Part shown: in pieces, positions 39,471 to 48,381 of the stretch | Layout: each line of letters opens with the position of its first letter | Position numbering within the stretch: the first letter of the stretch is position 1 | Source: an uncultured Verrucomicrobiae bacterium | GTDB taxonomy: Bacteria > Verrucomicrobiota > Verrucomicrobiia > Chthoniobacterales > UBA10450 | DNA: 64,000 nucleotides | Reading direction: 5' to 3' | Assembly: GCA_963772365.1 (NCBI GenBank) | Contig: CAVYXA010000003.1 | Location: 64,001 to 128,000, forward strand | Notes under the pieces: model-generated | What the model was told of the DNA's origin: nothing | Databases searched by the model: none | The model's input: only the letters and a program-made list of their open reading frames with translations | Position numbers and translations under genes: made by a program

Positions 39471-40089
39471 TTAGGACTTGCGGCGGCGATATGCCACCAC
39501 GGCGGAACCAACTGCGGCCAGACCGAGCAGTGCTAGTGTGCTTGGCTCTGGAATAGGAATGTTGAACACGAACGAGGCGGCCGGAATGTTGTTATCCATG
39601 AAGTCACTATCGGTCACTTCGGAAGCACGAGGAAGCATGGAGGTTGAGTACCAACGTATAAGTGCCGCCCGGAGCACCCGCCAACACATTGATGGGAATG
39701 TCCGTGATGTGATACGAACTAGGATCCACCAACGCCAGCGGCTGAGTGGTTGCACCAAGGTCGTTATTGTCGCTCATGTAACCAGCGCGAGCACCGGTCG
39801 TGGACCATGTTGCCGGCCATGCGTTGACATTGTTGGGATCGTTAAACACGAAGTAGGTCGGCATTTGGATTTGGAGAAATGGCGCAAGAGCGCTTGGCAC
39901 TTCCAGCCAGTAGGACAAGCCGTAGGATGGATAGCCGCTGTAGGTCAGCGTCGTTGAAAGCGTTACCTGTGTCCCCGGATTCCAGACCATTGGACCGGAA
40001 AACGACAATGATTGCACGTGCGTCTGGGCGAACAGAGAACTCATTGCCGCCATGGCGCCGATAACTGCGATTAATAGGGTCTTTTTCAT
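39471..40089 (-). CDS. PEP-CTERM surface protein, copy B, apparent frameshift at ~39651
   Basis: N-terminal part closely matches copy A. Removing one base gives GTYTLYSTSMLPRASEVTD...IPEPSTLALLGLAAVGSAVVAYRRRKS. Confidence 0.88.
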
Positions 40090-40146
40090 ATTGCTGTTTC
40101 TTAGTTTGTTGTTCTTTTCGTTTTTGGTTTTTCCTCGGTTGGTGAT

Positions 40147-40252
40147 TAGGAAATTTTATCCAAAAGGTTGTTTCACTTTTTGAATCAGACGCGGACAGGG
40201 TTTTGCATGGTTTCGGGGGCCAGCATGTGGTGCCTTGTTTGCGGCAGATTCA
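40147..40252 (-). promoter_or_regulatory. Conserved upstream element of PEP-CTERM gene B
   Basis: Homologous blocks to 32979-33088. Confidence 0.5.
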
Positions 40253-40426
40253 TGTTCGAGGTCGGTTATACGGGATTTGGTCAAAAAAAAGCAAGCATAA
40301 ATTTCGAAAAATTTTTAGACCCTCCAGACCTGTCATATGGCGCGGGTTCGACCTGTCTTGGACGAAATCCAGAGGGGAACTGGCGAGCTAGGCAGGCGTG
40401 CCTCCAGAAACAGTCCGCCGCCTCCA

Positions 40427-42232
40427 TTAATTCGCTTTGGTCGCTTTCGCCGGGCTTTCATCTTGCCCGGGCTCTCTATTCAAGATTCCGGCTGAGTTTA
40501 CGAGAGCCACGTGCGAAAAAGCCTGCGGGAAATTGCCCAGCATTCGTTTGGCGCGGGGATCGTATTCTTCGGAGAGAAGACCGAGATCGTTGCGCACGCC
40601 GAGCAATCGATCGAACAGCTTGCGCGCATCGCTGGCTCGGCCCAACAAATGAAGGCAATCCACCAGCCAGAACGAACAGGGTAGAAAAACGCCCTCGTTG
40701 CCGGGCAATCCATCGACATGTTCTTGTTCCGGCCGATAACGCAGGACGAATCCATCTTCCATCAACTCGCGTTCAATCGCCTCGATTGTCTGCCGCACGC
40801 GCGAATCATCCGCAGGCAGGAATCCGACCAACGGCATCATCAATAGGCTCGCATCCAGCGCGTCCGATCCGAAGAATTGCGTAAACGCTTTCTTTTTTGA
40901 ATTATAGCCGCGTTCGCAAACCTCGCAGTGGATCTGGTCGCGAATTTTTTGCCAGCGCTCGACATGCTCCGCTGCCGCGCATCCGCAGTTTTCCACGAGT
41001 TTGACGGCGCGATCGAACGCCACCCAAGCCATCATATTAGAATGGGTGAAGTGTTTTCGTCTGCCGCGCACTTCCCAAATGCCGTTATCTGCCTGGTTCC
41101 AATTGGACTCCAAAAACTTCATAAGCTCGGCTTGCAAAGCCCAATCGGCTTCGGTGGTTTCGATTCCGGAAAGGTGCGCCTGATGCATCGCGGCAAGTAC
41201 TTCGCCGTAAACATCGAGTTGAAATTGGTTTGACGCGGCGTTTCCCACCCGCACCGGTTTTGAAGCTTCGTAACCCGCCAGCCATGGAAGCTCGTACTCA
41301 TCGAGGCGCCGCTCTCCGCGAACGCCATACATAATTTGCATCTGGGCAGGACTGCCGGCTACTGCTCGCAGCAACCATTCGCGCCACGCTTTGGCTTCTT
41401 CGCGATAGCCCGCCCGCATCAGGGCGATGAGTGTGTAAGTCGCATCCCGCAGCCAGCAAAATCGATAATCCCAATTGCGCACGCCTCCGATTTGCTCGGG
41501 CAACGAAGTTGTCGCAGCGGCGACGATCCCGCCCGTCGGGGCATAAGTGAGTCCCTTCAACGTGATGAGCGAACGCACGACCGCGTCATGGTCTGGCCCG
41601 ACTCGCCGGCACTGCCTTGCCCAATCACCCCAATAATTCTCGGTGTCGCGCAGCGCATGCTCGGGATGGATCGCTCGCGGCGGCTCGAGATGCGAGGCGA
41701 ACCAGCTCAGCACAAATGGAATTCGATCGCTTTTGTTAACTGTGAAGTCGGCCACCGTGGTCAGATTTTTCCCGCGCGTTTCCACCGGCGTTCTCAAAAT
41801 CAAACCATCTGGCCCCGCGATCGCTTCCAGTCCTCCATGCGCTTTTCGCACCCACGGCACGATCTCGCCGTATTCAAAGCGGATGATCAGTTCCATCTGC
41901 ATCCGGACGCTTCCCTCGAGGCCTTCTACGAGTCGCACCATGTCGGGATATTGACCGCGCGGCGGCATGAAATCGATCAGACGCACCGCTCCGGTTTTGG
42001 TTTCCATTTCCGTCTCCAGAACCAGCGTGTTGCCGCGATAACGTCGCCGCGTTTTGTTGATCTTCTCTTTCGGGCACAGCCGCCAGCACCCATTTTTCTC
42101 GTTGCCAACGAGCGCGGCGAAGCAGGCAGAGGAATCGAACCGCGGAAAACAAAGCCAATCTACAGAGCCCTCGCGGCTAACGAGTGCTCCGGTCTCAGTG
42201 TCGCTGAGAAAGGCGTAGTCTTCGATTCTCAC
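40427..42232 (-). CDS. Glycoside hydrolase family 15 (trehalase/glucoamylase-like)
   Basis: IEDYA, DWLCFPRFDS, RNWDYRFCWLRD, GIWEVRG, LLSEE, GNFPQAFSH. Confidence 0.93.
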   Translation of the reverse strand: MRIEDYAFLSDTETGALVSREGSVDWLCFPRFDSSACFAALVGNEKNGCWRLCPKEKINKTRRRYRGNTLVLETEMETKTGAVRLIDFMPPRGQYPDMVRLVEGLEGSVRMQMELIIRFEYGEIVPWVRKAHGGLEAIAGPDGLILRTPVETRGKNLTTVADFTVNKSDRIPFVLSWFASHLEPPRAIHPEHALRDTENYWGDWARQCRRVGPDHDAVVRSLITLKGLTYAPTGGIVAAATTSLPEQIGGVRNWDYRFCWLRDATYTLIALMRAGYREEAKAWREWLLRAVAGSPAQMQIMYGVRGERRLDEYELPWLAGYEASKPVRVGNAASNQFQLDVYGEVLAAMHQAHLSGIETTEADWALQAELMKFLESNWNQADNGIWEVRGRRKHFTHSNMMAWVAFDRAVKLVENCGCAAAEHVERWQKIRDQIHCEVCERGYNSKKKAFTQFFGSDALDASLLMMPLVGFLPADDSRVRQTIEAIERELMEDGFVLRYRPEQEHVDGLPGNEGVFLPCSFWLVDCLHLLGRASDARKLFDRLLGVRNDLGLLSEEYDPRAKRMLGNFPQAFSHVALVNSAGILNREPGQDESPAKATKAN

Positions 42233-42269
42233 TTCTTTTATTCATTCGTCTCGACAAGGAATGAGTCGC

Positions 42270-42743
42270 TTACGATTCCGCGAGTTGGGCGATTTCTTCG
42301 CCAGTCAACCGGAACACAGTCCATTCATTCATCGGTTTCGCGCCGAGAGCACGATAGAATTGAATAGCCGGCTCGTTCCAATTCAGCACGGCCCACTCCA
42401 TCCGGCCACACCCCCGATCACGCGCAATCTTTGCCAGTTGTATTAGTAAGGCGCGTCCGTATCCTTTGCCGCGCAGTTCTGGTTTAACAAACAAATCCTC
42501 CAGATAAAGACCGGGCCGTCCCAGCCAGGTGGAGAAATTGAAAAAGTAAACGGCGAATCCTGCCGGTTCATCGCCTTCAAAGACGAGAATCACTTCCGCC
42601 GCAGGCCGATCGCCGAAAAGAACATCGACAAGTTGTTGCTCGGTGGCGGTCACTTCATTCGGAGCGCGTTCGTAGGTGGCCAGATCGCGAATGAGCTGCA
42701 AAATGATCGGCACGTCTTCTCGCGTAGCGGCTCTGATTTTCAT
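42270..42743 (-). CDS. GNAT acetyltransferase (diamine/SSAT-like)
   Basis: FSTWLG, LYLEDLFV, RGKGYG, WAVLNWN, FY. Confidence 0.9.
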   Translation of the reverse strand: MKIRAATREDVPIILQLIRDLATYERAPNEVTATEQQLVDVLFGDRPAAEVILVFEGDEPAGFAVYFFNFSTWLGRPGLYLEDLFVKPELRGKGYGRALLIQLAKIARDRGCGRMEWAVLNWNEPAIQFYRALGAKPMNEWTVFRLTGEEIAQLAES

Positions 42744-42869
42744 TCGAGTTTTATTCTACAACTGAAGCCGAACTAAACCTGGAGGGGAAGCTGACAGTTT
42801 CCCGACTCTGTATCATCGAACCGCGTCTTGACAAAGCGCTCCTGCAAAGTGAATCGAGTACCCGACTCG

Positions 42870-43397
42870 ATGAAGACGGCCGCTCTCCAGATATTCATCG
42901 CCCTCGTATTGGCTACGTTGTCGCAGGCTCAGGATGAACCGCGGCTCGTGCCGGACGTCGTCGATTACACGAAATTGCTGCCGATTTTGCCGGAAGCGCC
43001 GCCAGGTTGGACTGCCGACAAACCGGAGGGATCGACTGAGGATGCCGGCGGATTCCAGATCACAAACGTTCATCGCGATTATCACAGAGGCGAAGGCAAT
43101 AAAGCGCCGACTGCAGCGATCAGCATTCTCGATTCAATCGCGAATCCCGATTACGTCACGGCGACCAGCGCCAGTTGGAACAAAAAAACCGAAACGCCGG
43201 AAGGCTACAGCAAACCGGTCACCATCGGCGGTAATCCCGGCTTCGAAGCCTACGAGAAAGATCAAGAGCACGCTTCGCTCTGGATCATGATAGCCGGCCG
43301 CTATTTCGTTGAGATTGAGCTCCAGTATCAGGATTCCAAGGAATTGCAGGAATGGATCAAACGCGTCGATCTGAAAAAACTGGCCGGGATTAAATAG
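42870..43397 (+). CDS. Secreted hypothetical protein
   Basis: Signal peptide MKTAALQIFIALVLATLSQA. Confidence 0.7.
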   Translation: MKTAALQIFIALVLATLSQAQDEPRLVPDVVDYTKLLPILPEAPPGWTADKPEGSTEDAGGFQITNVHRDYHRGEGNKAPTAAISILDSIANPDYVTATSASWNKKTETPEGYSKPVTIGGNPGFEAYEKDQEHASLWIMIAGRYFVEIELQYQDSKELQEWIKRVDLKKLAGIK

Positions 43398-43398
43398 G

Positions 43399-43474
43399 CT
43401 GTAGTGTCCGCTGTCCTCAGCGGATGCCGAAAGCGACGCTACCGCCTTGTGCGCTGAGACAGCGCACACTACAG
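43399..43474. repeat. REP-like palindrome
   Basis: CTGTAGTGTCCGCTGTCCTCAGCG...CGCTGAGACAGCGCACACTACAG. Confidence 0.7.
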
Positions 43475-43478
43475 CATC

Positions 43479-43630
43479 TCACTTCTGCTCCCTCACCATC
43501 GGCACAAATCGAACCGCAATACCGCGCTCCGCAGCTCGCAATTTCGTTTTGGAAAAGAGACAGCTCCTGCGCGGTATATCCGCCCACGGGAACGACCATT
43601 CGTTCACATTCCTTAGTTGATCGAGAAGCG
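43479..43630 (-). pseudogene. 3' remnant of protein-L-isoaspartate O-methyltransferase (pcm-like)
   Basis: Across frameshifts reads LLDQLRN..RMVVPVGGYTAQEL...AVRFVPMVREQK*, matching the Pcm C-terminal pattern QL..GGR.V.PVG...QQL...VRFVP. Confidence 0.7.
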
Positions 43631-43634
43631 ACGT

Positions 43635-44627
43635 TTACGGCCTCGAACGTTTCAGACTTTGATAGGCTGCTTCGACAAATGCCAGATCGCGCCGACCAAT
43701 ATCGCCATTGGCGAGACAGCGTTCCGGATTTCCATTGGCAAAGCCGAGTAAGAAGTCACGCCACATCGCTTCGTAGCCCTGCCAGTCGTGAAACGGAAAA
43801 AGCAGCGGCCATATCCACCGGCGTTTGAACAGGCCGAATCGCCCGGCGTTCGATGAATAAACCGAGGCTTTAGAGCCATGGACGGAAAAAAAACTCACCG
43901 GCAGCGCACCTTGGACCGCCCATGAGTAAACGAGCACGCCCACGGCGCCGTTTTCGAACTGGCATGTAACCACGATCGAATCCTCCTGCGGGCTGGATTG
44001 ATTGGAGACAGGTGGTTGATAGGCCGTGATCGAAACCGGCGCGCCCTGGCCGAGAGTCATGAGGACGTTGGCCCAGTGGATGCCGCCGTCGATCAAAATG
44101 CCACCGCCCATACGGTCGAGACTGGCACGCCATTCATCTTTTTTGAATTGATGCGTTCGCATGATGTGAATGCGAATCAACTTGATCACGCCCAGCGCTC
44201 CCGAGCGCACGATCCGGTCGACCTTCAAAACGTTGGGGCGATAACGATGATTTTCCGCCACCAGTACATGTCGATCCATTCGTTTGGCTGTCGCCAGAAT
44301 TTCGTCGGCCTCGGCAACGGTGCACGCGATCGGCTTCTCGATGATCACGTGCTTGCCATAGTCGAGCGCGGTCAGCGCCAGACCGCGATGGCTGTCGTTT
44401 GGTGTGCAAATCACGACGGTGTCGATCTTGTCGTGAAAAAAAGCGGCTTCGTACGAATCGAAAGCCAGTTCGCCATCGAATTGGGAGCGATACTTTTCGG
44501 CTTTGGCTTCATCGCGGCTGGCAAAGGAAATTTGCACATGATTGGCCGGGACAAATCCTTCGAGCTTTTTCAGAACACGCGCGTGAGTGAGCGCAATCTT
44601 ACCACAGCCAATCAGGCAATAATGCAT
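43635..44627 (-). CDS. Gfo/Idh/MocA oxidoreductase
   Basis: IGCGKI, ICTPNDSH, HVIIEKP, GGGILIDGGIH. Confidence 0.9.
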   Translation of the reverse strand: MHYCLIGCGKIALTHARVLKKLEGFVPANHVQISFASRDEAKAEKYRSQFDGELAFDSYEAAFFHDKIDTVVICTPNDSHRGLALTALDYGKHVIIEKPIACTVAEADEILATAKRMDRHVLVAENHRYRPNVLKVDRIVRSGALGVIKLIRIHIMRTHQFKKDEWRASLDRMGGGILIDGGIHWANVLMTLGQGAPVSITAYQPPVSNQSSPQEDSIVVTCQFENGAVGVLVYSWAVQGALPVSFFSVHGSKASVYSSNAGRFGLFKRRWIWPLLFPFHDWQGYEAMWRDFLLGFANGNPERCLANGDIGRRDLAFVEAAYQSLKRSRP

Positions 44628-44630
44628 GCG

Positions 44631-45734
44631 TTAGACCGATGCCAGCGGGCCGGCCGGAAGTGGATCGACAGCCAAAGGCAGTGAGACACTGCGTCCTTCG
44701 GCGTTTGCGGTCAAAATCGCGAGCACTGCTTCCAGCGAGTTGCGACCGGCTTCGCCTGGAATTGCGGCCGCGGTTTTCGCCGTTAACGCATTTAGAATCG
44801 AATCGATCTCGACGTAGAAATCGTCGAGATACGGATTGATCTCTAAAGTCGGAATCGTCCAGGAATTGTCCTGCGAATGGCGATAACGCAATCCGCCGTC
44901 GATCCAGACTTCGATCACTCCTTTTTCGCCTAGCAAAATCAGTTTGGCGTCGAGCGAGCTGCGTTCATCCACCCGCAGCGTCGCTTGCAAACCATTCTGG
45001 AATTCCAGAAAGATCCAGCTGTCGCGATCGCGCGATTGCGTGGATAACGAAGCTTCCTCCGGCGATCTCGCTCTGCCGCCGCGGCCGTCGCTCAGCGATG
45101 CCGTCACCCGCTCGAGTGGCCCGAGAAGATCGAGCAATAAATCGAGGCAATGAATCCCGGCTCGCAAAATATCCGGTGGACATTCCGCTATCACATGACG
45201 CAACTCGCCGATCGTTCCCCCTGCGAGTAGTTGCCTCGCGCATCGGTGTTGTGGTGCGAAACGCCGTTGGTGACCAATGGCGAGGAGCACGCCGCGGTCG
45301 CGGCAGACCTGAATCATTTCGTCAGCTTCATTCAGATCGAGCGCGATCGGTTTTTCACATAGCACCGCTCGCACTCCTGCGTTCGCCGCTGCCAGAACCG
45401 CCTGCGAATGAAACCTTGGCGGCGCGCAAATACTCACCATGTCGAGCTGTTCTTGGTTCAGCATCTCGCGGAAGTCGGCATAAGCATTTGGGATTTTCCA
45501 AGTCCGTTGCGCCCGCGTTCGTTGTTTGGAATCGGGATCTGCCGCGGCAACTACGTTGGCCTTCCCGGTTTTCAGATATCCGTAAAGATGTCGCCAGGCG
45601 ACACGGCCTGTTCCAATAATGCCAATACGAAACGTATCCGCCGCCGCAATTCTGCGGCCTCGTCGAACTGTGAGTTCGCACAAAAGTTCGCGCCACCAAC
45701 GATGCCACGTCGGCTGACGAAGCATGTTCCTCAT
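44631..45734 (-). CDS. Gfo/Idh/MocA oxidoreductase
   Basis: IGIIGTG, VLCEKP, GHQRRF; start uncertain. Confidence 0.88.
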   Translation of the reverse strand: MRNMLRQPTWHRWWRELLCELTVRRGRRIAAADTFRIGIIGTGRVAWRHLYGYLKTGKANVVAAADPDSKQRTRAQRTWKIPNAYADFREMLNQEQLDMVSICAPPRFHSQAVLAAANAGVRAVLCEKPIALDLNEADEMIQVCRDRGVLLAIGHQRRFAPQHRCARQLLAGGTIGELRHVIAECPPDILRAGIHCLDLLLDLLGPLERVTASLSDGRGGRARSPEEASLSTQSRDRDSWIFLEFQNGLQATLRVDERSSLDAKLILLGEKGVIEVWIDGGLRYRHSQDNSWTIPTLEINPYLDDFYVEIDSILNALTAKTAAAIPGEAGRNSLEAVLAILTANAEGRSVSLPLAVDPLPAGPLASV

Positions 45735-45810
45735 CAAACCTTTGTAGTGGGTCGCCGGAGAAACCGCAAGCAGAGCGCCGCTCTCATTGCTGCGTCTCGC
45801 AGACAAATTT

Positions 45811-45837
45811 TTCGTGTCCTTCGCGACCTTCGTGGTT
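45811..45837. repeat. Short 9-nt tandem repeat (TTCGTGTCC TTCGCGACC TTCGTGGTT)
   Basis: Three degenerate units just upstream of thrS. Confidence 0.5.
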
Positions 45838-45850
45838 AATTGCCCCGTTC

Positions 45851-47746
45851 ATGCAGGAAGAACGGAAAACTTTGGAACAACGCGCGCAGATGACGGACAT
45901 CGAACGTCTCCGGCATTCGGCGTCGCATGTCCTGGCCACGGCGATTCTGCGCCTCTGGCCGGAAGCGCAGTTTGCCGCCGGCCCTCCGGTCGAGAACGGC
46001 TTTTATTACGATGTCGATCTTCCCCATCGGATTTCGCCTGAGGATTTCGAGAAGATCGAGGCGGAGATGAAAAAGGAGATCAAAGCGAATCATCCGTTCG
46101 AGAAAATGGAGGTCTCGCGCGACGAAGCGCTCGAGCTTGGAAAAAAAGGCCGGCTTGCGGCGTTGAGCGATCGCAACGAGCCGAGCAAATTTAAGATCGA
46201 CATCATCGAGAACATTCCAGCTGACGAAAAGATTTCGCTCTATCGGAACGGCGACTTCATCGATCTCTGCGCCGGCCCGCACGTGATGCGCACGGGAAAC
46301 ATCGGCGCGTTCAAGCTCACCAGCGTCGCCAGCGCCTATTATAAAGGCGACGAAAAGAACCCACAGCTCCAGCGCATTTACGGCACCGCCTTCAAAACCA
46401 AGAAAGAGCTCGACGAATACTTCGCCATGCTCGAGGAAGCGAAAAAGCGCGATCATCGCAAGCTCGGCAAGGAACTCGAGATTTACATCATCGACGAAGA
46501 TGTCGGGCCGGGTTTGCCGCTCTGGTTACCGCGCGGCGCGGCAATCATCGAAGAACTCGAGAAGCTTGCGAAAGAAACGGAATTCGCCGCCGGTTATCAA
46601 CGCGTCCGCACCGTCAACATCGCGCGCGAACAGCTCTATAAAAAAAGCGGTCATTTGCCTTACTACGCTGAGTCGATGTTTCCGCCGATGGAGCTGAGAG
46701 AGGAGCGTGAATCGTTAAATCGAGAATCGTTAAATCGTGACGAAAATGCCGATGCAACGATTCACGATTCACGAATTACGTCTACGAAGTACTACCTCAA
46801 AGCGATGAACTGTCCGCACCATCACAAGTTGTATGCGGCGATTCCTCGGAGTTATCGCGATCTGCCGTTGCGGCTGGCGGAGTACGGATTTTGTCATCGT
46901 TACGAGCAGAGCGGCGAGTTGTTCGGATTGATGCGGGTGCGCTCGATGCAGATGAACGACGCCCACCTTTACATGACGCCGGAGCAGTTCGAGGCCGAGT
47001 TCAACGCCGTGAACGAGATGTATCTGAATTACTTCAAGCTATTTGGGCTCGAGAAATATCTGATGCGTTTCTCGACTCACGATCCGTCGAAACTCGGACA
47101 AAAATTTGTCGATGAACCGAAGCTTTGGAAACAGACCGAGGAGATGACGAGAAACGTGCTCAAGAATTCCGGAATCAATTATGTCGAAGTGCCGAACGAA
47201 GCCGCATTTTACGGCCCGAAGATCGACGTGCAGGTTTGGAGCGTGATTGGGCGCGAGTTTTCAATCGCAACGAACCAGGTCGATTTCGCCCAGCCGCGCC
47301 GGTTCGATCTCAAATACAAAGATCGTGACAACACGGAGAAGACGCCGATCTGCATTCATCGGGCGCCGCTTGGCACGCACGAACGGTTTATCGGTTTCCT
47401 GCTCGAACATTACGCAGGCAACTTTCCGCTCTGGCTATCGCCGGAACAGGTGCGCATCTTCACCATCGGCGACGACGCGAAGCTCGTGGAATATTCGATG
47501 TCGATCCTGAACGAGCTGCGTGGTCAATACGTTCGCGCCGAGATTGACAAGAGCACCGATCAGATCAACGGCAAAATCCAGCGCGCGGAACAAATGAAAG
47601 TCCACACCATGTTCGTGATCGGAAAACGCGACATGGACGCGAATGCGGTCAGCGTTCGCGTTCACGGAAAAGGCAATCTCGGCGCGAAACCGCGCGCCGA
47701 AGCGGTCGCTGATATTTTATTGTCGATCAAGGAACGGCGCGGATGA
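45851..47746 (+). CDS. thrS: Threonine--tRNA ligase (lacks the N-terminal TGS domain)
   Basis: RHSASH, DLCAGPH, RDHRKLG, KAMNCPHH, RYEQSGEL, AFYGPKID, HRAPLG. Confidence 0.97.
   Translation: MQEERKTLEQRAQMTDIERLRHSASHVLATAILRLWPEAQFAAGPPVENGFYYDVDLPHRISPEDFEKIEAEMKKEIKANHPFEKMEVSRDEALELGKKGRLAALSDRNEPSKFKIDIIENIPADEKISLYRNGDFIDLCAGPHVMRTGNIGAFKLTSVASAYYKGDEKNPQLQRIYGTAFKTKKELDEYFAMLEEAKKRDHRKLGKELEIYIIDEDVGPGLPLWLPRGAAIIEELEKLAKETEFAAGYQRVRTVNIAREQLYKKSGHLPYYAESMFPPMELREERESLNRESLNRDENADATIHDSRITSTKYYLKAMNCPHHHKLYAAIPRSYRDLPLRLAEYGFCHRYEQSGELFGLMRVRSMQMNDAHLYMTPEQFEAEFNAVNEMYLNYFKLFGLEKYLMRFSTHDPSKLGQKFVDEPKLWKQTEEMTRNVLKNSGINYVEVPNEAAFYGPKIDVQVWSVIGREFSIATNQVDFAQPRRFDLKYKDRDNTEKTPICIHRAPLGTHERFIGFLLEHYAGNFPLWLSPEQVRIFTIGDDAKLVEYSMSILNELRGQYVRAEIDKSTDQINGKIQRAEQMKVHTMFVIGKRDMDANAVSVRVHGKGNLGAKPRAEAVADILLSIKERRG
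47568..47746 (+). repeat. Direct repeat copy 1: last 179 bp of thrS
   Basis: Colinear with 48203-48381; 87-bp identical core at 47623-47709. Confidence 0.92.
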
Positions 47747-47986
47747 GCCGACATGAAAAGCTACTGGAACGCTTGCGCGACCGGCAGCGCGACGCGACCT
47801 GGGACTTCGACGAACTCTGTCAATTGCTCCAACGACTGGGGTTCGAAATGCGCATCGGTGGGAGCCATCACTTCTTCCGCAAGTCGGGCGTGGCCGAAGC
47901 GATTAACTTGCAACCACAGAAAGGAAAAGAAGGGTTACCAGGTTCGCCAAGCGCGCAAGGTGCTCCAAAATAATCAGCTGTTATGA
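47743..47986 (+). CDS. hicA: HicA-family toxin, frameshifted at ~47929
   Basis: LLQRLGF..R..GSHHFF..INLQP; the KGYQVRQ tail lies in another frame ending at 47986. Confidence 0.8.
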
Positions 47987-48195
47987 ACAACAAATTTGAG
48001 GTGGTCGTTTACTGGAGCGAACAGGACGGCCATTTCCTGGCCGAGGTGCCTGAGCTTCCCAGCATAATTACTGACGGTGCGACGCGAGTCGAAGCGTTGC
48101 GCAATGCCGAGGAAATGATCGACGCTTATTTGAAAACTGCACGCGAAGCATCGTGGCCGATTCCAGAACCCAAGGGCCGCCTCGCCTTTGCATAA
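47983..48195 (+). CDS. hicB: HicB-family antitoxin (short)
   Basis: YWSEQDGHFLAEVPELP...DGAT..EAL......PIPEP. Confidence 0.9.
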   Translation: MNNKFEVVVYWSEQDGHFLAEVPELPSIITDGATRVEALRNAEEMIDAYLKTAREASWPIPEPKGRLAFA

Positions 48196-48202
48196 ATATT
48201 CG

Positions 48203-48381
48203 ACGGCAAGATCCAGCGGGCCGAACAAATGAAAGTCCACAGCATGTTCGTGATCGAAAAACGCGACATGGACGCGAATGCGGTCAGCGTTCGCGTTCAC
48301 GGAAAAGGCAATCTCGGCGCGAAACCGCGCGCCGAAGCGGTCGCGGAAATTTTGCAATCAATAAGAGAGCGCCGGGCGTGA
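48203..48381 (+). repeat. Direct repeat copy 2: orphan thrS 3' end
   Basis: Translates GKIQRAEQMKVHSMFVIEKRDMDANAVSVRVHGKGNLGAKPRAEAVAEILQSIRERRA*. Confidence 0.92.

Noticed and set aside
40335..40400. tRNA-like GGTTCGA motif
   Set aside because: No cloverleaf, acceptor stem or CCA could be formed.
48153..48377. N-terminal part of the 427-aa ORF
   Set aside because: Out-of-frame read-through of hicB and the duplicated thrS tail; the real start is probably GTG 48378.
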